A stretch of 64,000 bases of DNA from NCBI GenBank assembly GCA_024402405.1, contig JAKSTW010000001.1, forward strand, positions 3,734 to 67,733. Direction: 5' to 3'. The position numbers and the translations under genes are program-made. This document shows positions 1 to 8,068 of this stretch, piece after piece. Under the pieces are notes generated by a model, which made no database searches, had not been told where the DNA came from, and saw only the letters and a program-made list of their open reading frames with translations. Source of the stretch: Spirochaetia bacterium. Its GTDB lineage: Bacteria > Spirochaetota > Spirochaetia > CADAEX01. Position 1 is the first letter of the stretch. Every line of letters begins with the position of its first letter.

Positions 1-479
1 AAATACGATGTGAACTTCTGGAAAGTTATAACAGCTTCTTTATTCAGTTCTTGTATGTTATTTTTTCCGAACCACTCTGGAAGAATATCGTTGAACAGAT
101 CTTTTGGAGTCGCAGCGTTCAAAGCTGCAAATCTCTTATCAGAACTGAATAATTTCAATATTGCTGTCCGAAGTTTTGACTGTTCTTTCTCAAGAAGAGT
201 ATCATCTGCTTTATCTTTTGCATAATTTTCAATTTCTTTTGCAAGAACAGACCAATCAAATTCAGCATTTTGCAAGACATCATCAATAAAATACTGATGA
301 TAATTATCAATGATTCTTTTTACATCCTTATAGTCCTCAGACTTTTTTTTGTCTGATTCCAGAAACTTTCCCTTACGGATATTTTCTATTGTTTCAGCTT
401 TAGGTTTCAATTCAAATCTCAATGTCTTTGAGAGTGAATACCCATTTCCCTGACCACAAAACTGTTCAATACCACTCAT
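1..479 (-). CDS. cas12a: Type V-A CRISPR effector Cas12a (Cpf1), N-terminal 159 aa; truncated by window edge
   Basis: Manual translation from ATG 479 gives MSGIEQFCGQGNGYSLSKTLRFELKPKAETIENIRKGKFLESDKKKSEDYKDVKRIIDNYHQYFIDDVLQ...EAVITFQKFTSY, open to base 1. YSLSKTLRFEL-P, DYK-VK-IID-YH--FI and F--FTSY are hallmark Cas12a WED-I/REC1 motifs. Not in the ORF track because there is no stop in the window. Confidence 0.93.
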   Translation of the reverse strand, partial: MSGIEQFCGQGNGYSLSKTLRFELKPKAETIENIRKGKFLESDKKKSEDYKDVKRIIDNYHQYFIDDVLQNAEFDWSVLAKEIENYAKDKADDTLLEKEQSKLRTAILKLFSSDKRFAALNAATPKDLFNDILPEWFGKNNIQELNKEAVITFQKFTSY

Positions 480-1393
480 TTCTTCACCACTTCGGAAAGG
501 CTGCTTACCAGACCGGTCATGCTCTGGATCTCTGACGGAATGATTATCTTGGTGGACTGTCCCTCTCCTACTCGCTCAAAGGCTTCCAGACTACGCAGCT
601 TTATGACTGCATCATCCGGCTGGGCATTCCGCAGCAGCTTGATACCTTCTGCCTTGGCATTCTGCACTTCCACAATGGCCTCTGCCTCACCCTGAGCCCT
701 CTTGACAGCAGCTTCCTTGTCTGCCTCCGCACTCAGGATCCTGGCCTCTTTCTGTGCCTGTGCCTCCAGTATCATTGCCTGTTTCTTTCCTTCAGCCTCC
801 AGAATAGCACTCTGCTTGTGTCCCTCTGCAATAAGGATCTGCTCACGGCGCTCACGTTCGGCACGCATCTGCTTTTCCATGGCTTCTCTGATGGCATCCG
901 GCGGAATGATGTTCTTCACCTCAACACGGTTCACCTTGATTCCCCATGGGTCTGTGGCCTCATCCAGAATGCTTCTCATCTTTGTATTGATGACATCACG
1001 GCTGGTCAGTGTCTGATCCAGTTCCAGCTCTCCGATGATATTACGCAGTGTGGTTGCAGAAAGATTTTCCAGGGCATTTATAGGCTTCTCAACACCGTAT
1101 GTATACAGCTTCGGATCTGTGATCTGGAAATAGACCACAGTATCGATCATCATGGTCACATTATCCTTGGTGATCACAGGCTGCGGAGGGAAATCCAGGA
1201 CCTTCTCCTTCAGTGAGACACGGTTCACATAGCGGTCAATGAAAGGAACCTTCACATGCAGACCCACATTCCATGTCTTGTAATAAGCACCCAGCCTCTC
1301 AATGATCACAGCCTGAGACTGTGACACCAGCTTTATATTGAAAATTATTATCAGCAGAACCAGTCCGCAGAATCCCATAAAAACATTCATCAT
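476..1393 (-). CDS. SPFH/band-7 (stomatin, QmcA-like) membrane protein
   Basis: N-terminal TM helix, IIERLG, PPQPVITKDNV, WGIKVNRVEVKNI, coiled-coil AMEKQMRAERERR; SD AAGGAGG upstream. Confidence 0.95.
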   Translation of the reverse strand: MMNVFMGFCGLVLLIIIFNIKLVSQSQAVIIERLGAYYKTWNVGLHVKVPFIDRYVNRVSLKEKVLDFPPQPVITKDNVTMMIDTVVYFQITDPKLYTYGVEKPINALENLSATTLRNIIGELELDQTLTSRDVINTKMRSILDEATDPWGIKVNRVEVKNIIPPDAIREAMEKQMRAERERREQILIAEGHKQSAILEAEGKKQAMILEAQAQKEARILSAEADKEAAVKRAQGEAEAIVEVQNAKAEGIKLLRNAQPDDAVIKLRSLEAFERVGEGQSTKIIIPSEIQSMTGLVSSLSEVVKK

Positions 1394-1406
1394 CTTATTT
1401 TCCTCC

Positions 1407-1853
1407 TTAATATTCCTTTACGATCAGGGTATTTCCCTCTATATCCACGACCACGCACTTTGTCCCTATCTCCAGAACTTTGCCGTCCGCAGCCATGGCA
1501 TTCCATATCACTCCGTTTGAAGCCTTCACTGTCCCTTTGTCGAACTCAGTGATCCTTCCGGACACCAGTACATTTTTTCCCACCAGAGAGTCAGCATTAG
1601 TCCTGTACTTGCCAACCTTAAGCTTCCGCATGAAAAAAGATCTGGTGAACAGGATCAGCAGCACATTCAGAACTACAAAGATCACCACCTGAAGGCTGAA
1701 CACCAGTCCGGTCAGTGAAATAAAAATCAGTACAAAAGCACTGATGGCACTCCAGATAGTCACCAGCCCCACAGTCATGGCCTCTATTATCACCGCCAGT
1801 ACCAGAACGCCGAACCAGAACCAGAACAGATGGCACATAAGAAATTCAATCAT
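1407..1853 (-). CDS. NfeD family membrane protein (short, YbbJ-like)
   Basis: Hydrophobic N-half plus C-terminal OB-like GVIWNA...VVDIEGNTLIV; classic SPFH partner; start moved to ATG 1853, which follows AAAGGAGG. Confidence 0.9.
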   Translation of the reverse strand: MIEFLMCHLFWFWFGVLVLAVIIEAMTVGLVTIWSAISAFVLIFISLTGLVFSLQVVIFVVLNVLLILFTRSFFMRKLKVGKYRTNADSLVGKNVLVSGRITEFDKGTVKASNGVIWNAMAADGKVLEIGTKCVVVDIEGNTLIVKEY

Positions 1854-1872
1854 CCATTCCCTCCTTTTTGTT

Positions 1873-1881
1873 ATTATAGCA
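1873..1881 (-). promoter_or_regulatory. Extended -10 promoter (TGcTATAAT) for nfeD-SPFH-cas12a
   Basis: Minus strand reads atatgcTATAATaacaaaaaggagggaatggATG. Confidence 0.6.
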
Positions 1882-1959
1882 TATCTACCTGTATCAAATA
1901 ATGCTACATCCATTGAAAAATTCCATAATTTTTGTTATTTTTTTGTCGGAGTTTGAAAG

Positions 1960-2688
1960 ATGAAGATCACCCAGCAAGATGAAAGACTGGCAAAAGTCGA
2001 GAAAGAGCTTCTGCCGCAGATAAAAACAGCATTTGGAGAAAATCTCCATTCTGTAATCATTTATGGAAGTATCCTGACAAAGCAGTTCAATCCGCTCACC
2101 TCTGATGTCAATGTTCTGATCATTCCAAAAGAGGCTGATCCTGAACGTATTGTCGTGCTGGGAAAATACTGTGCCAAGACCTTCACTCAATACAAGATCA
2201 CACCTACAGTCATGAGCTGCAGGGAATTCATTGACTCCGCTGACGTATTTCCAATGGAATACCTGGATATAAAAGACAAGCACAAAACTATTTACGGGGA
2301 AGATATAACAGACCGGCTGGACATAACCACCAGAAATCTGCGTCATCAGGTGGAGGACAGGCTCCGCGGATGCATCAACTCGCTGCGTCAGGTTCTCATG
2401 CTCTCCGACAGCAGACCGCGGCTTCTGGCTCTGGGCGTTCGGAACACACATGGTCTCTACAATGCCATATTCCGGGCAATACTCAGACTGAAAAAACACC
2501 CGGAAGTATATTTCAGCTATAAGAACAACCTGACAGCATTATCAGAATATATCAACTTTGACATAGATCCATTCCTTCAGCTGCGCAGCATCAACAAGGA
2601 GACACCGCTGGAAAAAGTGATATGCGATGCCATTCTGCAGCTGCTCATAATAGTTGAGGATGTTGACAAAATGGAAGTGGACGGATGA
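1960..2688 (+). CDS. Nucleotidyltransferase-domain protein (Pol-beta-like fold)
   Basis: IYGS...SDVNVLII motif and DVFPMEYLDIK; first gene of the TPM-LemA operon. Confidence 0.75.
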   Translation: MKITQQDERLAKVEKELLPQIKTAFGENLHSVIIYGSILTKQFNPLTSDVNVLIIPKEADPERIVVLGKYCAKTFTQYKITPTVMSCREFIDSADVFPMEYLDIKDKHKTIYGEDITDRLDITTRNLRHQVEDRLRGCINSLRQVLMLSDSRPRLLALGVRNTHGLYNAIFRAILRLKKHPEVYFSYKNNLTALSEYINFDIDPFLQLRSINKETPLEKVICDAILQLLIIVEDVDKMEVDG

Positions 2689-3470
2689 AAAAAGTTCTCC
2701 TTCTTCTGTGCATCATCTGCCTCTGTCCGTTCATCACACTGGCTGACGATGTGCCCGACTATGTTGGTTTCGTCAACGATTTTGCCAATATCATCCCTGA
2801 AAAAGACAAGAGGATCATGAACACTGTGATCACGGAGCTCAGGGAAAAGACAAAGGCTGAGATCGCAGTGCTCACAGTAAAATCCATGGCGCCATATACG
2901 GTCATTGAGGATTTTTCCATGGCCGTGGCGGAGAAATGGAAAGTAGGCTCCAAGGATGATGAGGGAATAATACTGGTCCTGGCACTGGAAGAAAGGCAGA
3001 TCCGTCTGGAAGTGGGTTACGGACTTGAGGGCATAATAAATGACGCCATGGCTGGGCGGATCCTCAGGAACAATATAATTCCATTCTTCAATGGCGGAGA
3101 ATACGGTACAGGTCTGCGCCATGGTGTATGCAAGATAGCAGATATAATCAGCAAGGAAAAAGGCGTTGAGCTGGAAGAGAATCCGGTGATGGACAACAAG
3201 CAGAGTGAGAGCATATGCCTGCTGATTTTCATGGGTGTTGTAATCTATATACTGATCATGGCTAACAGGAGAAGGATCTCCTCCAGCCGTACAGGAAGGA
3301 AATATTACGGTGGAAGTTTCGGAGGAATGCATTCCGGACGCGGCAGCGGACGGGGCAGTTTCGGCGGATTCGATGGCGGCAGTTTCGGCGGCTACGGAGG
3401 CTTTGGCGGAGGTGGCGGCGGATTCGGCGGCGGTGGGTTCGGCGGTGGCGGAGCTTCCAGCGGATTCTGA
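2685..3470 (+). CDS. TPM-domain (YgcG-like) protein with Gly-rich tail
   Basis: Signal peptide, FVNDFANII, IRLEVGYGLEG, TM helix, GGFGGGGASSGF end. Confidence 0.92.
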   Translation: MKKVLLLLCIICLCPFITLADDVPDYVGFVNDFANIIPEKDKRIMNTVITELREKTKAEIAVLTVKSMAPYTVIEDFSMAVAEKWKVGSKDDEGIILVLALEERQIRLEVGYGLEGIINDAMAGRILRNNIIPFFNGGEYGTGLRHGVCKIADIISKEKGVELEENPVMDNKQSESICLLIFMGVVIYILIMANRRRISSSRTGRKYYGGSFGGMHSGRGSGRGSFGGFDGGSFGGYGGFGGGGGGFGGGGFGGGGASSGF

Positions 3471-3482
3471 AAGGAGAGAAAG

Positions 3483-4049
3483 ATGAAGAATAAAGGATTT
3501 ACAGCAGTACTGGTATTTATCGTTGCCATCGTGGCAGTCGTAGGCTGGTACTTCAGCACAAGAAACAAACTGGTGACACTGGAAGAGGATACATCCTCAG
3601 CATGGGCAGAGATCGACAATCAGCTCCAGCGCCGCTGCGACCTGATACCAAACCTGGTGAACACAGTGAAGGGTTATGCAAAGCATGAGAGCGAAGTTTT
3701 CGGCAACATTGCTGAAGCCAGATCTAAGCTGGCAGGTGCCCAGACAGTAGAAGAGAAATCTGAAGGCTACAACGAGCTCCAGGGTGCACTGAGCAGACTG
3801 CTCATGGTCGTGGAAAATTATCCTGAACTTAAGAGCAATGCAAACTTCCAGCAGCTTCAGGACGAGCTGGCAGGAACAGAAAACCGCATCGCAGTTGCCA
3901 GAAAACGCTATAACGACAAGGTGCGCAGTTTCAATACTCAGATAAAGGTCTTCCCATCATCTTTTGTAGCAGAGAGAATGGGACTGGAGAAAAAATCCTA
4001 CTTTGAGATCGCAGAATCAGCAAGAGCTGTTCCGAAGGTAGAGTTCTGA
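3483..4049 (+). CDS. lemA: LemA family protein
   Basis: QLQRRCDLIPNLVNTVKGYA, ENYPELKS, LAGTENRIAVARKRYN. Confidence 0.95.
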   Translation: MKNKGFTAVLVFIVAIVAVVGWYFSTRNKLVTLEEDTSSAWAEIDNQLQRRCDLIPNLVNTVKGYAKHESEVFGNIAEARSKLAGAQTVEEKSEGYNELQGALSRLLMVVENYPELKSNANFQQLQDELAGTENRIAVARKRYNDKVRSFNTQIKVFPSSFVAERMGLEKKSYFEIAESARAVPKVEF

Positions 4050-5075
4050 TTCCATTATTGTCTTGAGAATCCCCTTGTGGTAACTCCAGGAAACATTTTT
4101 TCCTGCCATGAGGGGAACCACTCCGTCTATTTCATCAGGGATCCTGAATCCGGCTTTAACCAGAGTGATCTTATCCTCAGACACAGGCAGCCCATAAAAT
4201 TCAGGACCGAACACGGACATAAAGTTTTCCAGTTTATCCAGACAGCCGTATTGCTCAAAAAGCTCAGCCATCAGCGGAACAGCACATGGGGCAGAATAAA
4301 TGCCGCCGCCGGCAGAACCTGATTCCTTTTTTATCCTCAGATGAGGCGCACTGTCAGATCCGAAAAAGAATTTCTTATTCCCGGAAAAGGCAGCTTCCCG
4401 TATGGCAGCTCTGTCCCTTTCAGTCTTAACTACAGGTTTGCAGAAATTATGGGGATTCATATTGCCGCCTATCACATCATCCAGAGTCAGCAGCAGATGA
4501 TGGGCAGTGATGGTTCCGGCTATATTTTCCCCCATGCCATCCACCAGATCAATAGAACGACGGTCAGAAATATGTTCAAACACGATCTTCAGATCAGGAA
4601 AAGCTTTGGCTATCGCACGGAATTCGCTGTGATATTTATATTCCCTGTCCAGACAATATGCATCAGGTCTTTCACAATGGATGGAAAGGATCATCCCCAG
4701 ATCACACATAGTGGCCAAGGCTATCTTGATATTATGCCAGGTCTTTACGCCATCCTCGGAATTTGTCGTAGCTCCTGCAGGATAAAGCTTACCCACGGCA
4801 GCACCGGCATCATGGAGCTTTCTGACAACAGAACTTTTCATCCCGGGCAGCAGCTTGAAGGACATGACTGTTCTGAAATCCGGATTCAGCTTTCTGATCT
4901 GCCCGGCATAATCTGTCAGCCTTTCAGGAGTGCTTACAGGCGGAATCGTATTGGGCATGACCAGCCCGCCGCAGAACCATTTTGACTGATCCCGCACTGT
5001 AGTGGCCAGCAGTTCTCCCTGCCGGAGATGCATATGCATATCATAAGGTTTCCGCATCGTAAAGCTATTTTCCAT
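4017..5075 (-). CDS. pyrC: Dihydroorotase (homodimeric, E. coli type)
   Basis: DMHMHLR, MPNT, KLYPAGATTNS, FEHIS, FCKPVVK, GSDSAPH. Confidence 0.93.
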   Translation of the reverse strand: MENSFTMRKPYDMHMHLRQGELLATTVRDQSKWFCGGLVMPNTIPPVSTPERLTDYAGQIRKLNPDFRTVMSFKLLPGMKSSVVRKLHDAGAAVGKLYPAGATTNSEDGVKTWHNIKIALATMCDLGMILSIHCERPDAYCLDREYKYHSEFRAIAKAFPDLKIVFEHISDRRSIDLVDGMGENIAGTITAHHLLLTLDDVIGGNMNPHNFCKPVVKTERDRAAIREAAFSGNKKFFFGSDSAPHLRIKKESGSAGGGIYSAPCAVPLMAELFEQYGCLDKLENFMSVFGPEFYGLPVSEDKITLVKAGFRIPDEIDGVVPLMAGKNVSWSYHKGILKTIMESELYLRNSSC

Positions 5076-5132
5076 ATAAACTCCCTTTCCTTTACTATAA
5101 GTTTAAAGTATAATCTTTGCAAGGAGATAGAA

Positions 5133-6104
5133 ATGGCAGGTAAAAAAGTACTGGTTGCCCTTGATGTGGAAGAAAGGCACAAAAAAACTCTGGAAAGTGC
5201 ATATCCGGAAGGAGAATTCATCTATTGCGGCAGCAAGGGTTATGAGCCATTTCTGTCACAGGCAAATATAATCATAGGCGATATCAAGCCTGCCATGCTC
5301 AGACAGGCCGTAAACCTGGAATGGCTCCAGACTCCTAATGCGGGAGTGGATCCATTTACCAGCAATATCGATATGATTCCTGAGAATCTGATCCTGACCT
5401 GTGCAACAGGTTCTTATGGTCTTGCCATATCAGAATACATGCTGGGCTGTGTCCTGTCCCTCATGAAACATCTGGACAGATACAGGATCAACCAGACGAA
5501 ACACCTGTGGAAAGATGAGGGACATGTGACCTCTATCCAGGGAAGCACCACACTGGTAGTCGGAATGGGAGACATCGGCAGTGATTTCGGCAGGAAAATG
5601 CACCTGCTGGGCAGCACTGTGTATGGCATCCGCAGGCATCAGGCACCAAAGCCTGACTGGGCTGAGGCAGTATATACCATGGATGCACTGGACGATCTCC
5701 TTGGCAGGGCTGATATTGTGGCACTGTGTCTTCCGAAGACTCCATCCACCATACATCTCATGGATATGGCTAAATTCAGGAAAATGAAAAAAACAGCCAT
5801 TCTTGTAAATATAGGCAGAGGAGCAGCCATAATGACTGACGACCTGTGCACAGCCCTGAATCAGCACATAATAGCAGGTGCTGCAGTTGATGTGACAGAC
5901 CCGGAACCACTCCCTCCTGATCACCCACTGTGGGATGCAGAGAACATAATCATCACCCCGCATACATCAGGACAGAACCACCTGCCGGAGACCTTCGAAC
6001 GGATCATCAGGCTGAGTGCAAGAAATCTGGCACTTTACAAAGAGGGAAAGCCGCTGGAAAGCCAAGTGGATCTCAAAGCTGGCTATAGAATATACAGAGG
6101 CTGA
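5133..6104 (+). CDS. D-2-hydroxyacid dehydrogenase family protein
   Basis: GMGDIG, VNIGRG, DVTDPEPLP, ITPHTSG; start ATG 5133 after AAGGAG. Confidence 0.9.
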   Translation: MAGKKVLVALDVEERHKKTLESAYPEGEFIYCGSKGYEPFLSQANIIIGDIKPAMLRQAVNLEWLQTPNAGVDPFTSNIDMIPENLILTCATGSYGLAISEYMLGCVLSLMKHLDRYRINQTKHLWKDEGHVTSIQGSTTLVVGMGDIGSDFGRKMHLLGSTVYGIRRHQAPKPDWAEAVYTMDALDDLLGRADIVALCLPKTPSTIHLMDMAKFRKMKKTAILVNIGRGAAIMTDDLCTALNQHIIAGAAVDVTDPEPLPPDHPLWDAENIIITPHTSGQNHLPETFERIIRLSARNLALYKEGKPLESQVDLKAGYRIYRG

Positions 6105-6113
6105 GGAGATAAT

Positions 6114-7262
6114 ATGACAGCAGAAAGAGTCGCTAATTCAGAAACCACAATATTCACAGTGGTGAACACACTGGCAGCAAAATATAATGCGGTGGGACTC
6201 AGCCAGGGAGCTCCTGACTTTGACACACCGGCATGGGTCCTCGACATAGTGCGTGAAGCCTTCACACTGGGACGGAATCAGTATGCACCGCTGTCAGGAG
6301 TACCTGAGTTCAGACAGGCTATCAGTGATGTATACAGCAGAAAATACGATCTGCATTTCAACCCGAACACACAGATCACAGTGACCAGCGGAGCCACTGA
6401 AGCGATCTTTGACAGCGTCATGGCTGTGTGCGACCCAGGCGATGAGCTTATAGTATTCGAGCCTTTCTTTGATTCATATGCAGGCAGCGCAAAAATGGCA
6501 GGCTGCCGCATGAAAGCCGTTACTCTCCATCTGCCGGACTTCACATTTGACAGAAAAGAGCTGGAAAATGCCATAACACCTAAGACAAAAGCCATTCTCA
6601 TAAACAATCCGAACAATCCGTCAGGCAAGGTCTATTCAAGAGAAGAACTGACTGTGATATCAGAAATAGCCAATAAATACGATCTGACAGTCATAAGTGA
6701 TGAGGTCTATGAGAATCTTGTGTTTGATGGTTTGAAACACATTCCTACAGCATCAATACCAGGACTTGAGAACAGGACCATAACAATAAATTCCACAGCC
6801 AAGACATTTTCTGCCACAGGCTGGAAAATAGGTTATATATGTGCCCCTGAATATCTGACCGCCGCAGTTCAGGCTGTCCACCAGTGGGTCACTTTCGCAG
6901 TGAATACCCCTATTCAGATAGCATTTTCCAAGATTCTTCCACAGGCAGACAGATACTCAGCTGATTTCTGCACAGAAATGGAAAAGCGGAGAAATTATCT
7001 TCTGGAAAGATCTGCGAACTGGGGATTTGATCCGATAAGACCTTCCGGCTCATATTTCTTCATGGCCACATTCGGCAAACTGTCAGCATCAAGTGACATG
7101 GATTTTATGGAGCAGCTTATCCGTGAAAGACACGTGGCACTGATTCCGGCATCACCGTTCTACCTGAATGCCAAAGATGAAGGACAGAAACTGCTGAGAT
7201 TCAACTTCGTCAAATCAATGGCAGCCCTTGAGCAGGCTGATAAAAATATGACAATGTTCTGA
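6114..7262 (+). CDS. PLP aminotransferase class I/II (YbdL/methionine aminotransferase-like)
   Basis: LSQGAPDF, NNPNNPSG, SDEVY, STAKTFSATGWKIG. Confidence 0.9.
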   Translation: MTAERVANSETTIFTVVNTLAAKYNAVGLSQGAPDFDTPAWVLDIVREAFTLGRNQYAPLSGVPEFRQAISDVYSRKYDLHFNPNTQITVTSGATEAIFDSVMAVCDPGDELIVFEPFFDSYAGSAKMAGCRMKAVTLHLPDFTFDRKELENAITPKTKAILINNPNNPSGKVYSREELTVISEIANKYDLTVISDEVYENLVFDGLKHIPTASIPGLENRTITINSTAKTFSATGWKIGYICAPEYLTAAVQAVHQWVTFAVNTPIQIAFSKILPQADRYSADFCTEMEKRRNYLLERSANWGFDPIRPSGSYFFMATFGKLSASSDMDFMEQLIRERHVALIPASPFYLNAKDEGQKLLRFNFVKSMAALEQADKNMTMF

Positions 7263-7269
7263 AATTTCC

Positions 7270-8019
7270 ATGGAATATTTTAAATTCGGATCAGGAAAGA
7301 AAACATTTGTCATCATACCAGGAATTTCATTGAAAAGTATCATGCCGCAGAAATCGGCTATAGCCAATATGTATTCTAAATTTGCAGAAAAATACACAAT
7401 ATATTTATTTGACAGAGAAAAAGAGCTGAAAACAGACTGTACTGTAATGGATATGGCGGAAGATACAGCACGTGCAATGAAAGAGCTTGGGCTCTCCAAT
7501 GCTTGCATAACGGGAGCATCCCAAGGAGGAATGATAGCCCTTTATCTGGCAGCATACCATCCGGAGCTGGTATATAAGGCTGTGATAGCAGGTTCTGCAT
7601 CCAGATGTACTGACCATTCCAAAGTGACCTTTCAGCGATGGATCAGATATGCAGAAAAAAAAGATATCAGAAGTCTGATAGCTGATTTCTGCAAGATACT
7701 TTATACTGACAATTTCTGCAGTCAATTCCAAGATTCCATAATTGCCGCCAATATGGATGCCACAGAGCATGATCTGAAGCATTTCATCATTCTATGTCAG
7801 GCATGTATAGATTTTGACTTCTACAATGAACTAGATGCTATAAAACGCCCTCTGCTGGTTCTTGGAGCTGACAAGGATACTGTTTTCGGACCTAATGCCT
7901 CTGTAGAAATAGCAGAAAAGACAGGATGTCAGTCTTACATATATAAAAATTATAAACATGCTGTTTATGATGAGGCCCCTGATTTCCTTCAGCGAATGCT
8001 GGACTTTTTTGCATCCTGA
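7270..8019 (+). CDS. Alpha/beta hydrolase
   Basis: GASQGG nucleophile elbow, ADKD, H near C-terminus. Confidence 0.85.
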   Translation: MEYFKFGSGKKTFVIIPGISLKSIMPQKSAIANMYSKFAEKYTIYLFDREKELKTDCTVMDMAEDTARAMKELGLSNACITGASQGGMIALYLAAYHPELVYKAVIAGSASRCTDHSKVTFQRWIRYAEKKDIRSLIADFCKILYTDNFCSQFQDSIIAANMDATEHDLKHFIILCQACIDFDFYNELDAIKRPLLVLGADKDTVFGPNASVEIAEKTGCQSYIYKNYKHAVYDEAPDFLQRMLDFFAS

Positions 8020-8025
8020 TTTTAT

Positions 8026-8050
8026 AAAAAGCCCCGGAATGATCCGGGGC
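8026..8050 (-). terminator. Intrinsic terminator (GCCCCGG-6-CCGGGGC + T tract)
   Basis: Hairpin between convergent genes, T5 on minus strand. Confidence 0.75.
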
Positions 8051-8068
8051 ATATATTAAGCCGATCTA

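Noticed and set aside
10-225. 71-aa plus-strand ORF
   Set aside because: Antisense shadow of cas12a.
3330-3465. GGC-rich repetitive tract
   Set aside because: Encodes the ordinary Gly-rich tail of TPM proteins.
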